This document shows positions 13,086 to 25,082 of a DNA stretch of 64,000 nucleotides, in pieces. The translations under genes and the position numbers were made by a program. Each line of letters starts with the position of its first letter. Positions within the stretch are counted from its first letter, which is position 1. Under the pieces are notes generated by a model, which was not told the DNA's origin, ran no database searches, and worked only from the letters and a program-made list of their open reading frames with translations. Source of the DNA: Squalus acanthias (Eukaryota); the NCBI GenBank assembly GCA_030390025.1, contig CM059433.1, positions 20,028,001 through 20,092,000 on the forward strand. Direction: 5' to 3'.

Positions 13086-14492
13086 TGCTTGTCAGTGTTT
13101 GCAGCACCTCAATGCTGCAGAACACTGACAGCACAACTGTCAAAATCAATTTGCGCATGGTCCCTTTAAGGAAACCGGCTGATGACGTGTCATCAAGTGA
13201 TGTCATCAGACCCGCTTCCTTCAATTGGCTGGCAAATGCACTGGGCGGGCTTAACAAGCCCAATCAGCGTAAAATTCTTTTCACAGAGCGGGATGGGGCT
13301 GGTAGCGGGGTCGCACCCTGTCACCGACCCCGGCCACCCCAGACCCTCCTCAGAAAGCGAAATTGCGGCCTCTCTATCTATCCTATCAAATCACTTAATC
13401 ATCTTAAACACCTCAATTAGATCACCCCTTATTCTTCTAGATTACATTAGTTAACTCCAAAAATATTCAACCAGGAGAACTATAAGGTGATATATTTTGA
13501 GAGAATGAATAAGGAAAAGATATATACATTAAATGCTAACATTTAAAAATGAATAGGAAAGCAGAGAGACTTGGGAGTTCAGATAAACAAATCTTTAAAA
13601 GTCGGAGTGCAATTTGGTAAAGCTTTGGAAAAAAAAGAGTAAATAGGATCCTAGGTTTTACAAATAATGGTATAGAGTACAATAATCAAGATTTAATGCT
13701 AAACCTATACAAATGATTGGTTGGGCCAGCTAGAATATTGTGTCCAGTTTTGTGCACGTTACTTTAGGAAAGAAGTCAAGGCAAGGGCAGATGCAGAAGA
13801 GATTCACTCAGATGATACCAGGGATGAGGCTTTAGTTATGAGGAGAGACTGGAGCAACATGGAGCTCTTTTTATTAGAACAAAGAAGGTTAAATGAAGAT
13901 CTGATTGAGATTTTCAAAATAGTGAGGGGTTTTGATAAGGTAAATTGGGGGAAAGTATTTCCACCAGTCAGTGAGGCTGTAACTAAAGGGCGTAAATATA
14001 AGACCATCACAAAAAGAATGAAGGAAGAGGTTAGGAGTTTTTTTATGTGATGGTTGTTAGGCCATGGAAGGCCCTACCAGAAGCTTCTGGAAGCAGAATC
14101 CATAATAGCTTTTAAAAGGTAAATGGATAAATATTTGAAAAAGAAAAATATAAAAGGGTATATGGGGAAAAGGCACGTAATTGTCCAGAAAGACAGCACA
14201 GACATGATGGGCTGAATGGACTCCTTCAGTGCTGTGTAATTCTATGTTTGCATAATTCTATGATTACCCATGGGGCTTTCCAACTTAAATTGAACCGATG
14301 TCAATGGAGGTGTTTAATCATATTTAATCTTGTCTTCATCGTGACAGTTGTGATTTTTTTCAGCTATTGAAGTTTCACAATTTTAATTTAATAATGCAAA
14401 TACAACATATAAAACCTCCTTCAATTGGAGGTAGTGTGGGGTATAGCTATAATAAAGCTATTTGGGCGCACTCTTTTGAAACTGGAGTCAAA

Positions 14493-15259
14493 GAGGGAAA
14501 AATTCGGTATTGCCCATTTAGCGCCTAATTATCACCTCTGACTGCAAAATTTGCCTCTATCGCCCCTGGAGGTGATTTGAGTGCTAAGTCAGGTGCTACA
14601 CACCTCTCTTAAGGTGCAAACGTCAGGGAGCGAGGCGCTACCTCAGAACGCTACCGAAGCTCAGGCGATGTCAGTTACCATGGAAGCCAGACAGACTGGC
14701 ACCATCCAGTTCTTAAAGGGAAGGGGCCATCTTGCTGGCCAGCCACTCCCTGCTCATTGCAGGCTTGAATCTCGGCCTGGAGAGACCTCAAAAGCAATTG
14801 TGTTGGAAGCACTAATGGATAGGCCCAGGGAAAGAGCTCGGCGCTTAGGAACCTCAAAAGTGGTGCTGAGGGCCAAAACCCCTTAGGACAGCATTAAAAC
14901 CAAAAATTTTGCCAACAAGAAAAGGCAGGAAGTGCCCTCCTTTTAAATAGCGCTTCACCAGCCCCTTCCCGACTTGAAAATGTTCCCCACTACCTGTCAT
15001 TCCTAGTGGCAGGCGCTAAGGCAGGGGGCGCGACTCAATATCCGGTCTGGGGCGCTACCGGGGCGTTGCACGCTCGACTGACGTCACGACCTGCGGGCAC
15101 AGGAGATCGTGGCGGTAGTGTTTAGCGCTACCGCAAAATGACTGGTCAATTTCACGAGCGGTGCTAAAATCGCCACGCTTGGGCGCGAAGTTCCTAGCGC
15201 CCTATTAGCGCCCCCCGGAGGCGCTAATGGGAGGCGCTAACCAACCGAATTTTTCCCCC
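14493..15259 (+). mobile_element. MITE (767 bp), same family as 42555-43351
   Basis: TIRs GAGGGAAAAATTCGGT / ACCGAATTTTTCCCCC; AAA TSD; many tagcgcc subterminal motifs. Confidence 0.9.
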
Positions 15260-15467
15260 AAAGCTTTTAAGAAAGCCTGCAAAACGTCCAAGAAGCAAAC
15301 TAAACCGTCACATTTATTTTCTTAGTTTGTATTTATAAGTTCATCCTTTATTTTTATTGCATGAGATGGCTGCTGCAAAGTAAAATTTCTCAGCTGAATT
15401 ATCTGGGCTGCAGATTTACCTTTGACCCCTATTAATGCTTCCTGATCAGTTAACCTATCTTGAGACC

Positions 15468-15657
15468 ATTGGTGGCTGTGCCTTCAGCTGCCCAGGCCCC
15501 ACCTCTCTCTCCTCCTTTAAGTCACTGCTTAAAACCTACCTCTCTGACCAAGCTGTTGGCCACCTGTCCTAATATCTCTTTATGCGGCTCCTGTAAAGCG
15601 CCTTGAGACATTTTACTCTGTTAAAGATGCTATATAAATGCAAGTTCTTGTTGTTGA
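15468..15657 (+). mobile_element. L2 3' tail fragment
   Basis: Homologous to 1365-1623 with internal deletions. Confidence 0.7.
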
Positions 15658-15839
15658 GACATACTTGGAGCAGAAGGAGTGGTTTGTGTATCCTTACACC
15701 AACAAAAATGTGATTTAAAGGAGTTTGTACGCGCTCCTAGAATTTTTCCACTTATATGTATGAGATCAAGGATGAACCCCTTTCGAAAATCCAGATACAG
15801 GTACAAATATGTGCATTACATCAGCAGTTACACTCAGGA

Positions 15840-16040
15840 AAACATCCGAGTATTCAGAAAAGACCACTTGGCTATCAAGCCCATACCTTTTTATTAATCG
15901 TAAATGCCCTGTCTTCTTACCATATCCTTCAATTGCTTCTCTCTCATGAAACAAATCTAGTTGCTTCTTGAACCCATTTTTACCAGTTATTTCACTGGCC
16001 TTGTCTGGTAAATTATTCCACAACTCTATTCCCCTCGTAC
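15840..16040 (-). mobile_element. Old CR1 3' fragment
   Basis: RGIELWNNLPDKASE...FKKQLDLF...IEGYG. Confidence 0.6.
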
Positions 16041-16057
16041 AATTTTTATTCCCTCCT

Positions 16058-16235
16058 TTTCCTGCCAATCGTCTCCTCCTCCTCTCCTGAAGGTGTTGAC
16101 GCCTTAGAAGGGCACTGTTCTGGAGACACCAGACATCTTTCAATAATATTCATGTGTGAGCCATTAGGCTTTTCAAATGTGTGATAATCGAGCCGAGCCC
16201 AATCCTGTTTCTCACCCGACATCTACATACATACA
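16058..16235 (-). mobile_element. AmnSINE2-like SINE, 3' part
   Basis: gtcgggtgag...ggattgggctcggct...ggctcacacatgaa...ccttcaggagaggagg; homologous to 17515-17665; name recalled. Confidence 0.5.
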
Positions 16236-16421
16236 TACAGGGGTAGCTGGATATACAGAAGGAATAAAGGAACAGTGAATTACAATAAACTTGTGTTATC
16301 CTGATTGCTCGGTTTGCTAACACACTGTGATACTGAACCATACACACTGGGCAGCCCCTGGTTTGGATCCTGGACTGTGCTGATGTAGCTGCTCTCAACT
16401 GAGGCTGTAATAAGGTGTCAC

Positions 16422-17442
16422 TTAAAGTTGCCAACACTGGTGGATTCATCACATGACCTCCCATTTCCAACTGTCTCACCCAGTCAAACAGCCTCTCCCG
16501 CCGCCCCCCCCTCCCACCCCCCACCGTCCCCACTCAGCTCAATAAAAAAAAACTAAACTATGCAAGGAAAATGAAGAAAGCACACAAATTTATTTTAATG
16601 CCCCTCTGGTATTTTTCCCGGGTTGCTCGCAGCAGTGTCCTGGAGATTAATCTTTCATTCCTGCAGACTCCAGGGCAGTTTTAAAGAGTGTGCAGGGACA
16701 GAGGGACCTGGGAGTTAATGTGCATATAATCCCTGAAGGTGGCGGGACATATTGAGAGAGTGGTTAGCAAAGCATATGGGATCTTGGGCTTCATAAATAG
16801 GGGTATTGAGTACAAAAGTAGAGAAGTTATGCTGAACCTTTATAAAGCGCTGGTTAGGCCACAACTGGAGTATTGCGTCCAGTTCTGGTCACCACACTTT
16901 AGGAAGGACGTGAAGGCCCTTGAGAGGGTGCAGAGGAGATTTACCAGAATGGTTCTGGGGATGGGGGATCTTAGCTACAAGGACAGGTTGGAGAAGCTAG
17001 ATTTGTTTTCATTAGAGCAAAGGAGGTTGCGGGGTGATTTGATAGAGGTGTACAAGATTATGACGGGTTTGGATAGGCTAGACGGGGAATGGCTGTTCCC
17101 ACTAGTTGATGGTGCAAGGACTAGGGGACACAGATTTAAGGTTTTGGCCAAGAGAAATAGGGGGGATGTGAGGAAAAACTTTTTTACGTAGCGAGTGGTG
17201 AGGACCTGGAACTCGCTGCCGACGGAAGTGGTGGAAGCGGAGACACTCAATGTTTTCAAGGGGAGACTGGATAGGCACTTGAGGGAAATAAACTTGCAGG
17301 GCTACGGGGATAGAGCGGGGGAATGGGACTGACTGGATTGCTCTACAGAGAGCCGGCACAGACTCGATGGGACGAATGGCCTCCTTCTGTGCTGTTATGA
17401 CTCCATGACTCTATGACAATCCTGGAGGGTTGGCAAACCCTT
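16422..17442. mobile_element. hAT-type MITE (AGGGTTGCCAAC-like TIR) interrupted by CR1
   Basis: aaagttgccaac at left, gttggcaaaccct at right; ctccagg/cctggag subterminal motifs. Confidence 0.55.
16680..17416 (+). mobile_element. Young 5'-truncated CR1 LINE
   Basis: 150-aa ORF LYKALVRPQLEYCVQFWSPHFRKD...RGDLIEVYKI...TRGH; one stop at 17189; (actctatg)n tail. Confidence 0.92.
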
Positions 17443-18634
17443 GTGTTACTAAAGTAGAACAATCAGCCAGAGCTCCACTCCTACTGGCTAACCAATGCCC
17501 CATGTCTGTTTGAAGGTCTGATGAGGAGAGGGTGGGGCTCAGCAATGATGGTTAAAAAGCCTGCCAACATGCACTGTCTGAGCCCACAGAAGAATATTCA
17601 CTTGAGTGAGGTTTGGGACGGTGCCTGTGGAACCATACCCAGGAGAGGAAGGGAGAAAATTGGAGGCAGAGGGAGAGTTTAATAAAAAGGAATATATTTG
17701 TATGTTGCATATTGAAGGGATGTGTGGGATTACCAAAAGGAACTTGTATCAGAGGCACCATTGTATGTTGATGAAAAGTGTTTCAGCCCAATTGAAGTCA
17801 TAGCCACCAGAATAAAATCTCTGCCCTTTAAAATCAGTGCCAGAATAGAACTCTATTGAAAAACAAAATCGTGTACGTCAAGTTATGTCATTTCAACTCT
17901 GTAAAATGGACCTGTGAAAGCCACAGTACACATTGTGCGCTAGCCCAGGGAAACAAGAGCCACGCGTTGACAATCCAGAGGGTTGAAAGTTAAAAAAAAA
18001 CAAGCTGCTGCCATCGTTTCATCACTCACAATTTCAGGGAGTTTATTGTGAATGTAGCATTATAGACAAGATCCAATCTCTCAGCAACAGCACAAAGCAA
18101 GGAGAGGGCGTGCTTTTTGACAAACCTCATTGGGGGGAATTTTAACCTAAAAAAGTGAGTGTGTTTGGGAGCGGGTGGGTGCTTAAAAGGGCTGAAACTG
18201 ACAGCGGGTCGGGAATCTGGCTCCAACCTGCCGACTTCCGCTTTTAACTGCAGTGCTTTTTGGCTGCGTGCGAGAAACACCCATGGGAGAGGCGGGTTTG
18301 CAATTATAAGATGTTTAAGAGGCAATTAGGAGCTGTTTTAACTGCAGATTTGAGCTTTAACTCTGAGTGCACAGGTTTCCCGGGCTTCCTGAAACTCGCC
18401 AGTGAAAGCAAGGCGAGATGACAGCGCGAATTGAGAGGGCAAACAAGCCTGTAAGTACTCGGACCTGACACCAGCTTCCTTGCCTAAGTGAAAGGCTTTT
18501 GCTCACAGGACTTGTTCCAAGAATGCGCTTTCACTACTTTGCAGGTGATTTCTGCTACTTTGGCGGTCATTTCTGCTACCTTGGATTTTTGTGACTCTGA
18601 TCTCCACTTTCCACCTGTCAAGCATCAGTTCAGC

Positions 18635-19600
18635 ATGGGTGCCACTTATGCAGCTTTATCTTGGACCTCCAATGAGGACCAAGATGAGCAGCAGCAGCCA
18701 CAGCACCAGCAGCAGGAGCAGCAGCAGCCTTCTCCTCACAGACCTACCGTTCCACAGAAGAGAGGGGATGAGCACAGGAGGGCAGCTCGCAGGAGGCAAT
18801 ATCTCCAACACAGGGTAGAGAGACAGAGGATCAGCTTCCTGGACATGTCGGAACACCGGTGCCTCAGGAGGCTCAGGTTATCGCATCAGGTGGTCACAGG
18901 CATTTGCAGCCTCCCGGAAGAAGACCTCCTGCCTAGTGGACCTTGGGAAGCCAGCCAGAGCCGCATGCATTTCCAGTGGCTGTCAAAGACACCACTGCCC
19001 TCAATTTCTTCGTCTCTGGCTCCTTCCAGGGATCTGCAGGAGATTTCTGCAGAATCTGGCAATCTGCTGGCCACAAATGCATCACTCAGGTGACCGATGC
19101 TATTTTTGCCAGGGCCGGCAATTATGTGCACTTTGTAACCGATAAGGCCAGTCAGAATGAGCGGGCGCTTGGCTTTGCAGCTCTGGCTGGCTTCCCACGG
19201 GTCCAGGGCGTCATCAACTGCACCCATGTGGCAATCAAGGCGCCCCCAGATCACCCTGGAGTCTTCATCAACCGCAAGAGCTTCCACTCCATCAATGTTC
19301 AGCTCATATGCAACCACAAAAAGATCTTCATGTAGGTGTGTGCAAGATTCCCAGGCAGCTGCCATGATGCTTTCATCCTGCGTCTGTCCACCCTCCCAGA
19401 GCTCTTCGGACCTCGAAGCAGAGTTAACGGCTGGCTCCTTGGAGACAAGGGCTACCCCCTGAAGACGTGGCTGATGATACCTGTTAGGAGCCCAAACAAT
19501 GAGGCCCAGGAGAGATAAAATCAAAGCCACAGGACCACAAGAACTGTCATCGAGCAAGCAATCGGAAATGCTGAAGATGCGCTTTAGATGCCTGGACAGA
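18635..19600 (+). pseudogene. Harbinger (HARBI1-like) DDE transposase pseudogene
   Basis: [81 protein letters not shown]; stops at 19333 and 19516, two frameshifts, first catalytic D reads N. Confidence 0.93.
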
Positions 19601-19654
19601 TAGGAATGGGTGCACCTGCAAGGTAAGTACGTATTAGGAGTGATGTGCTGGAGT

Positions 19655-19758
19655 GGGCTTGGAAAGAGGATCTCCCTGCCAGCCCTTACCGAACGTAGCA
19701 TCAGATCTAGGGAGGCATCATTTAAGCGTGGTGCAGCCTTCCCACAGTAAGACTCCAT
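19655..19758 (-). pseudogene. Myb-like gene 5' stub
   Basis: MESYCGKAAPRLNDASLDLMLRSVRAGREILFP aligns with the 12840-13085 peptide. Confidence 0.7.
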
Positions 19759-22418
19759 TAGTGCAGTTGCTTCCTTTGTTCCCCTACCTGGACAATCCTT
19801 CAACTTTCATCTTTGCAGGGTCCCTTTAAATGGTTCAGCTGAAATAGACTCGTGCGGCCGTCATCACGCCCGCTCGTGCTAATTAGTCGGAAAACCTGGA
19901 AGTCAGATGCCAATGCAGTGGCTTTGTTAAAAAGCCACTGACAAACGCGCTGCTGAAACTTCGGGGTTCCCCACGCGCTGCAGGGCTCCCCCACTGCCAG
20001 CGCGTCAAACAGTTAAACTCGAGCCCATTGTCTCAAGAATGGGGCACCAACTGCTGTTTCCTGAGGGAAAGAGCGAATGTCTGAAAATCTCATTCACATT
20101 ACATCTTCCAGTTCAGAAATGTGCAGCGGAGATTCATTAAAAAATGATAGCGATCATCGTATTTGAGATGCTGTACCTTTGGTTGAAACTTCAAGTGCAC
20201 ATCATGCCAGTGGATAATGAACAATAGATAATTTACTCGACTTTCAAAGTGTCCTCAAAAAAGCCTTTTATTCAATAAGCTAATTTAATTTATAGAATGT
20301 GGCTCGAAAAGAGATAATTTTCTGACATATGTGGATGAGAGCAAAGCTTTCTACTAATTGAATCTATTAATTTTTCTACCAAGTATAATGGCAATCTCCC
20401 CAAAAGTTATTATTAACATTTTATTAATATTTTTCTTCTTGGAGGTGATGACCCCAATGGAGAATAGATGGCGCTGTGGAAAAATAAAATTTTACACTGG
20501 CACCAGCAGAACCATTGCATAAAGTGCATGCCAGTAACAGTTTGCATTTCACGCATTTGAAGAGCATGAATGTTGGGCCCCTTGCCTCTCCAGCAGCGGC
20601 CCCAAGGTAAGTCCCGGAAGGGGGATGGATGGGCAATGTGGGCGGGGAGGGGGCAATGACTGTGGAGTCAAGGGAGCACCCTTGGCTCCAGAGGAAGGTT
20701 TCCCTTTCGTTAGCGGCTGTTGCTTGGACCGAAGGCTGCTGAAGAATCCTGACGCCTGCCCCACTCACCGCTGCCCAATGTCTGCGAGGGGATGTAAAGC
20801 TGGCCCCTCATTTACATATGCAAGGGACTTAACGCATGCTTTAGGCGGCCGCCAGGGACGCCTGAAAAATGACCACACCTAATTTTGGGTTGAATTATTT
20901 CAGGGGGCATGTTACATTGGTCCCCGAAATTGGGTCTTGTGCCTGTAAAACAGGAACAACGAGGTTCAATTTATATACCAATTTTTCCATCTAACTTTTA
21001 TCATTTTAATTATTTACTTAATATGGTGTAAAGAGAATGCATGATGAGAAGCCATGTGATATGATCTGTATCGCATTCGTAGCGTGACCGTAACTCACTT
21101 GTGATTGGGAGATTTATGATTTCATATGTTAGCTCACTGATGGGATGTACATCATATCCCATGGATCTTTGTTATGTTTCCTCGATGTCTGTGATGGTTA
21201 TGTCCATAATTCAAAAATTCAATTTCAGTTCTTGTGAATTTGAATCCCAGCCTTGCCTGGAACTGAAATTCGCCTTTCCTCTTTTGGGTGAGTTAAGCCA
21301 TTCCATTATTTCTAGGTGGAAAGTTCAAAAAGGAAAAGAAAATAATGTTGGAAGTAGTGCAACTCTGCAAAGATAGGCCTTGGTCAGTCACTCAACATCA
21401 CTGATAACAGTTAGGGAGGGGGTCAGTGGTCCAGACCATCTTGCAGCAGAAGTAAGTGTTAAAGGTAAGAGGCAGCAGAGTGGAATCCAAAAGGGAGAAG
21501 AATGGGCATAAAATAGAGACCACGAAGAGTGAACCTTTCCAAGTCACAAAATGTGTGTGGTAGAGTCTGTGATCGAGAGACTGTAGATAGACTATAGGTT
21601 GTGTGACAGAATGGGCCAGGCTGGATGGGTGAAATGACCAATTTTTGTTCTGCACTTTTTTTTATATTAGTCAATATAGCTGATAGAACAATTGAATTTT
21701 TATTGTGAGAGGAAAGCAGTCATGCATACTGTAATATAGTTATATTAGTAAGATAGATGTTAATTTACTGCAGGGATGCATCTCTTGATCTGTTCCTCAG
21801 TCCTCTGGTTTGCCGTTTTGAAACATAACTTCAATGTACATCTTTCACACACGACAGCCCTTGCACTCTGTCGAAACAAGAAAATTATTTTTTGTAATTT
21901 GGTTTCACAAGCCTATCGTTTGGCCATTTAAGTACTTTGCTCTTATATTACAGAAAATGCTTCCAAAACCATGGCTGGTTTTGAACCTTAAAATGTCTGT
22001 CAGTTTAGGCCTATTACTTCATTTCATTTCACTTTACTTAACATAATTTAATTTTGCCTTCCATCTGCAGTCTTGATTCTAAGTCAAGCTGTAAATTCAT
22101 GGCGCATTAAGGATACAGTGTTTGGTGAGCAGTTGGAGAATAGATTCATAGCAGGAGCTATTTATCTTTAAATACATCACATTAGCGCAGCGATCAAAAA
22201 AGCAATATTTATCAGGACAAAAATAAAGGTAAATGCAACATTTCTCCCATCCACATAAGCCAGTAAACGAACTCTTTTCGAACCACATTTTTAAAATTAA
22301 ATGATCTTATTGAATAAAAGACCTTTTTGAGGAAACTTTGAAAGTTGAGTAAATTATCAACTGTTCATTATCCACTGGCATGGTGTGCACTTGTGGAGGT
22401 TTGAGCCAACAAAAGAAT

Positions 22419-22611
22419 GGCTTTAAAATTATGCTGTGGGATACCTGTGTAAAAACATTTAATTATTCCACTGAAGTTCTTCTCTCCACTATTTTAGTGG
22501 AGACATTTAAGACAAATGAATTCATGTCTCTCCTAAAATAGCAGAGGAGAAATTTCAGATGAACACTTTAATCTTTTGTGTGCCAGTATCTCACTGCCCA
22601 ATTTCTAGGCC
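22419..22611. mobile_element. Old fold-back MITE (about 190 bp)
   Basis: Whole element is an imperfect palindrome; core ctgaa.tt..tctc...ctattttag / ctaaaatagcagaggagaaatttcag also at 50841-51030. Confidence 0.6.
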
Positions 22612-24242
22612 ATAGTTTTGTCACATGTACACATCTCATGCACATGTTATACAATTTAGTGATAGTCGACTAGTTTCCAAAACTATGCCATCATTACTTA
22701 TACAATAAACAATCCGAACGTGTGAGCTTTAAGATAGCTGCACAATTGGAGGGGTTCGACAATATACAAATCCTTAACCTCCAATTCACTTCTTGTTTGA
22801 AACTCACTTTCATTATTCTAGTACAAGCAATTAACTAACTTGTTTGAACAAATAAGGTTTGTTAAGAGTCTTGACCATATTGGGTTTCTTCGGGTCCAGT
22901 GAGTAGGATCATTATTGTGACAGCAGTGAAAAAAAGGAAAAAAAAGTTTTCTTTATGAAATATAAATATATTGTTTGAAACAAGAGGATAATAGAGCATT
23001 ACATGAAAACCAAGCATTAGCTGGAAGTGTGTAACACAATCTTCATGTTGTCCTCAGAACCTTCAGACTGTGTTACAGATTGTGACATACACTCCTGATA
23101 TTTGCTGATCAATCAATCTATCCACTTATTCATCAATCCATCATTCACGTACACATATTATTAAAAATCTTGCATATTGAGTAAACCTTCTGTCCATAAA
23201 CACTCCTTCCTGTGACACATTTTTGAGTCACACTTTTTATGCCAAAATGTAACAATGAAAATCTGTATATAAACATTCATAATGGAAATTCATATGTAAA
23301 CAAGTACCCACACTTGTAAACATTTCACTGTCATGATTTGTTGATGATTTTGTTTTTGTCATTTTTTTCTCAGTAACTGAAATTTCTATTATCCAAAATA
23401 GGTTTCAAACAAACTAAAACAAAATCAAAAGATTACATATTTCACAATACAATGTTTAGATTTACACTTTGAATTTCTTTGTGTCTTCTAAAATTCTCAT
23501 TAAAATTTAGTAACAATTGTGCTTTCCTGTTATGAACTCCTAACAGACAGACAAGGGAGTGTGCTGCCAGCTTAGTGGTAGTATTTCTGCCTCTGTCAGA
23601 AGGTGCAGGGTTCAAACCCTGTTCCAGACAATCCTGGCGAGTGGAGTTCTGACTCTGAAATCTGCGATGACATCCAGCATATAGGATTAACCACCCTAGG
23701 TGCATCCCGGCTTTGAAATCTGGGGTGACATCCAGCAGGATACTTGCGTCCAATGGGTGTGGGTGGCACCTGCTCATTGTGGGAGCCCATAAAACCCTCC
23801 CACCTAACCACCCTATTGGCTGCTTTGAAGATGGTTTCGGCCATGGAAGGAGCATCCACATCGTGGCCTGTCAGATATAATTCAGACTGTGAATCCTTCC
23901 ACTACCTCTCCAAGGGAAGAGTGTGAAGATACAAAAACAACTACAGATAGTCAACATCTATGATCAGCAGCAGCTTTGATTGTAGTTTTTTAAAACTTTT
24001 ATTAACAAAAGAAAAAAGGTAGTTTCCGAGAAAGGATTTCTTCCTCAGTCACTCTCCAGTTTATTACAAGAGAAAATTCAGTTTAAAAAAGGCTCTAATG
24101 AACCATTTATGCAGTTTAAGGAATTTTTTGTTTAATTGCATACACCACAGTTGAGCATTTTATGAGGTAATTTTTGTTTGTTTATGGAAATTTATGTTTA
24201 TTAAAGATGATATAAGTCAGCAAGCTCATTAATGTGCACTAA

Positions 24243-24428
24243 AGGGTACATTATTCACTCCTACGCTCCTAGTACATGCCAAGAGCACATATCGGGAAAT
24301 TGTACTCCCCAACCCGCAATTTTTCCATCCATCAATTTTAATGAATAAAAAGTCACAGGCTGAAAGTGCGCAATTTCCAATATGCACTCTTAGCGGGCAG
24401 TGGGAATGCAGAGGCATAAATTTACCCT
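24243..24428. mobile_element. Fold-back Harbinger MITE (186 bp)
   Basis: AGGGTACATT / AATTTACCCT ends, TAA TSD, palindromic interior. Confidence 0.7.
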
Positions 24429-24662
24429 TAAATTCTCAAAGGCAGGGAAGTAAAGATGGTGGGGAAAACAGCAAGTGGGTATGCGAGAGCACAAAATGGA
24501 TCCTGGTCAACATTCATCCTTCGCTGAATATGACAAAGGAAAAACATATTGCTAGATCTTATAACTCACTGCTATCTGTGGGATCTTCCTGTGTGCAAAG
24601 TTGCTGCTGGGTTTGCGTACATAAGTGCAGTTCTATGTATGTAAAACAATTTGAAATTAGTC

Positions 24663-25082
24663 TGTGAGAGATTGAGTAGATTGGGCCTATACTCTCTGGA
24701 GTTTGGAAGAATGAGAGGTGATCTCATTGAAACATATAAGATTCTGAGGCGGATTGACAGGGTAGATGCTGAGAGGTTGTTTTGCCTGGCTGGAGAGTCT
24801 AGAACTAGGGTCGGCATTTTAATACTGAGATGAGGAAGAATTTCTTTACTCAGAGGGTTGTGAATCTTTGGAGTTCTTTTTACCAAGGAGCTGTGGATGC
24901 TGAGTCGTTGAGTATATTCAAGGCTGAGATAGATAGATTTTTGGAGTCTAGAGGAATCAAGGGATATGGGGATCGGGCGGGAAAGTGGAGCTGAGGTTGA
25001 AGATCAGCCATGATCTTATTGAATGGTGGAGCAGGCTCGAAGGGCCGTATGGCCTACTCCTGCTCCTAATTCTTATGTTCTT
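24663..25082 (+). mobile_element. CR1 3' fragment; second partial copy at 25155-25275
   Basis: ERLSRLGLYSLEFGRMRGDLIETYKIL; (ttcttatg)n tail. Confidence 0.88.

Larger units (their letters stand above)
10837..13370. mobile_element. Non-autonomous PIF/Harbinger deletion derivative
   Basis: TIRs GGCCAGAATTT / AAATTGCGGCC; TCT TSD; Q/H-rich transposase N-terminus fused to C-terminal AARDARDGLTMARFT on +; Myb-like remnant on -. Confidence 0.85.
10501..13437 (-). mobile_element. Younger CR1 3' fragment (10501-10836 + 13371-13437)
   Basis: TRGHNLKIRARSFRSDVRKHFFTQRVVEIWNSLP; (ttcctatg)n tail; sequence rejoins across the Harbinger insertion. Confidence 0.85.
10030..14265 (+). mobile_element. Old CR1 LINE (RT to 3' end), split by nested insertions 10501-13440
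   Basis: SQLGFVKGTSCLTN, DKGNAVDVYMGFQKVFNKV, QGSVLGPL before the break; QLEYCVQF...LEQRRLNEDLIEIFKI and (attctatg)-like tail after. Confidence 0.8.
16300..17670 (+). mobile_element. AmnSINE2-like SINE split by a hAT-type MITE and a CR1
   Basis: Head tactgaaccatacac...ctgtgctgatgtagctgctctca (16330-16420) resumes aatcagccagagctccactcct... at about 17460. Confidence 0.5.
18132..20026. mobile_element. PIF/Harbinger transposon, internally deleted
   Basis: Imperfect TIRs GGGGGGAATTTTAAC / GTTAAACTCGAGCCC; ATT TSD; transposase on +, Myb-like 5' stub on -. Confidence 0.9.

Noticed and set aside
18488..19803. Domesticated HARBI1 gene, or the 305-aa minus ORF as a protein
   Set aside because: Stops, frameshifts, TIRs and TSD show a dead transposon; the minus ORF is mostly antisense of the transposase
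21041..21141. C/D box snoRNA (ATGATGA...CTGA)
   Set aside because: No convincing terminal stem or recognisable guide
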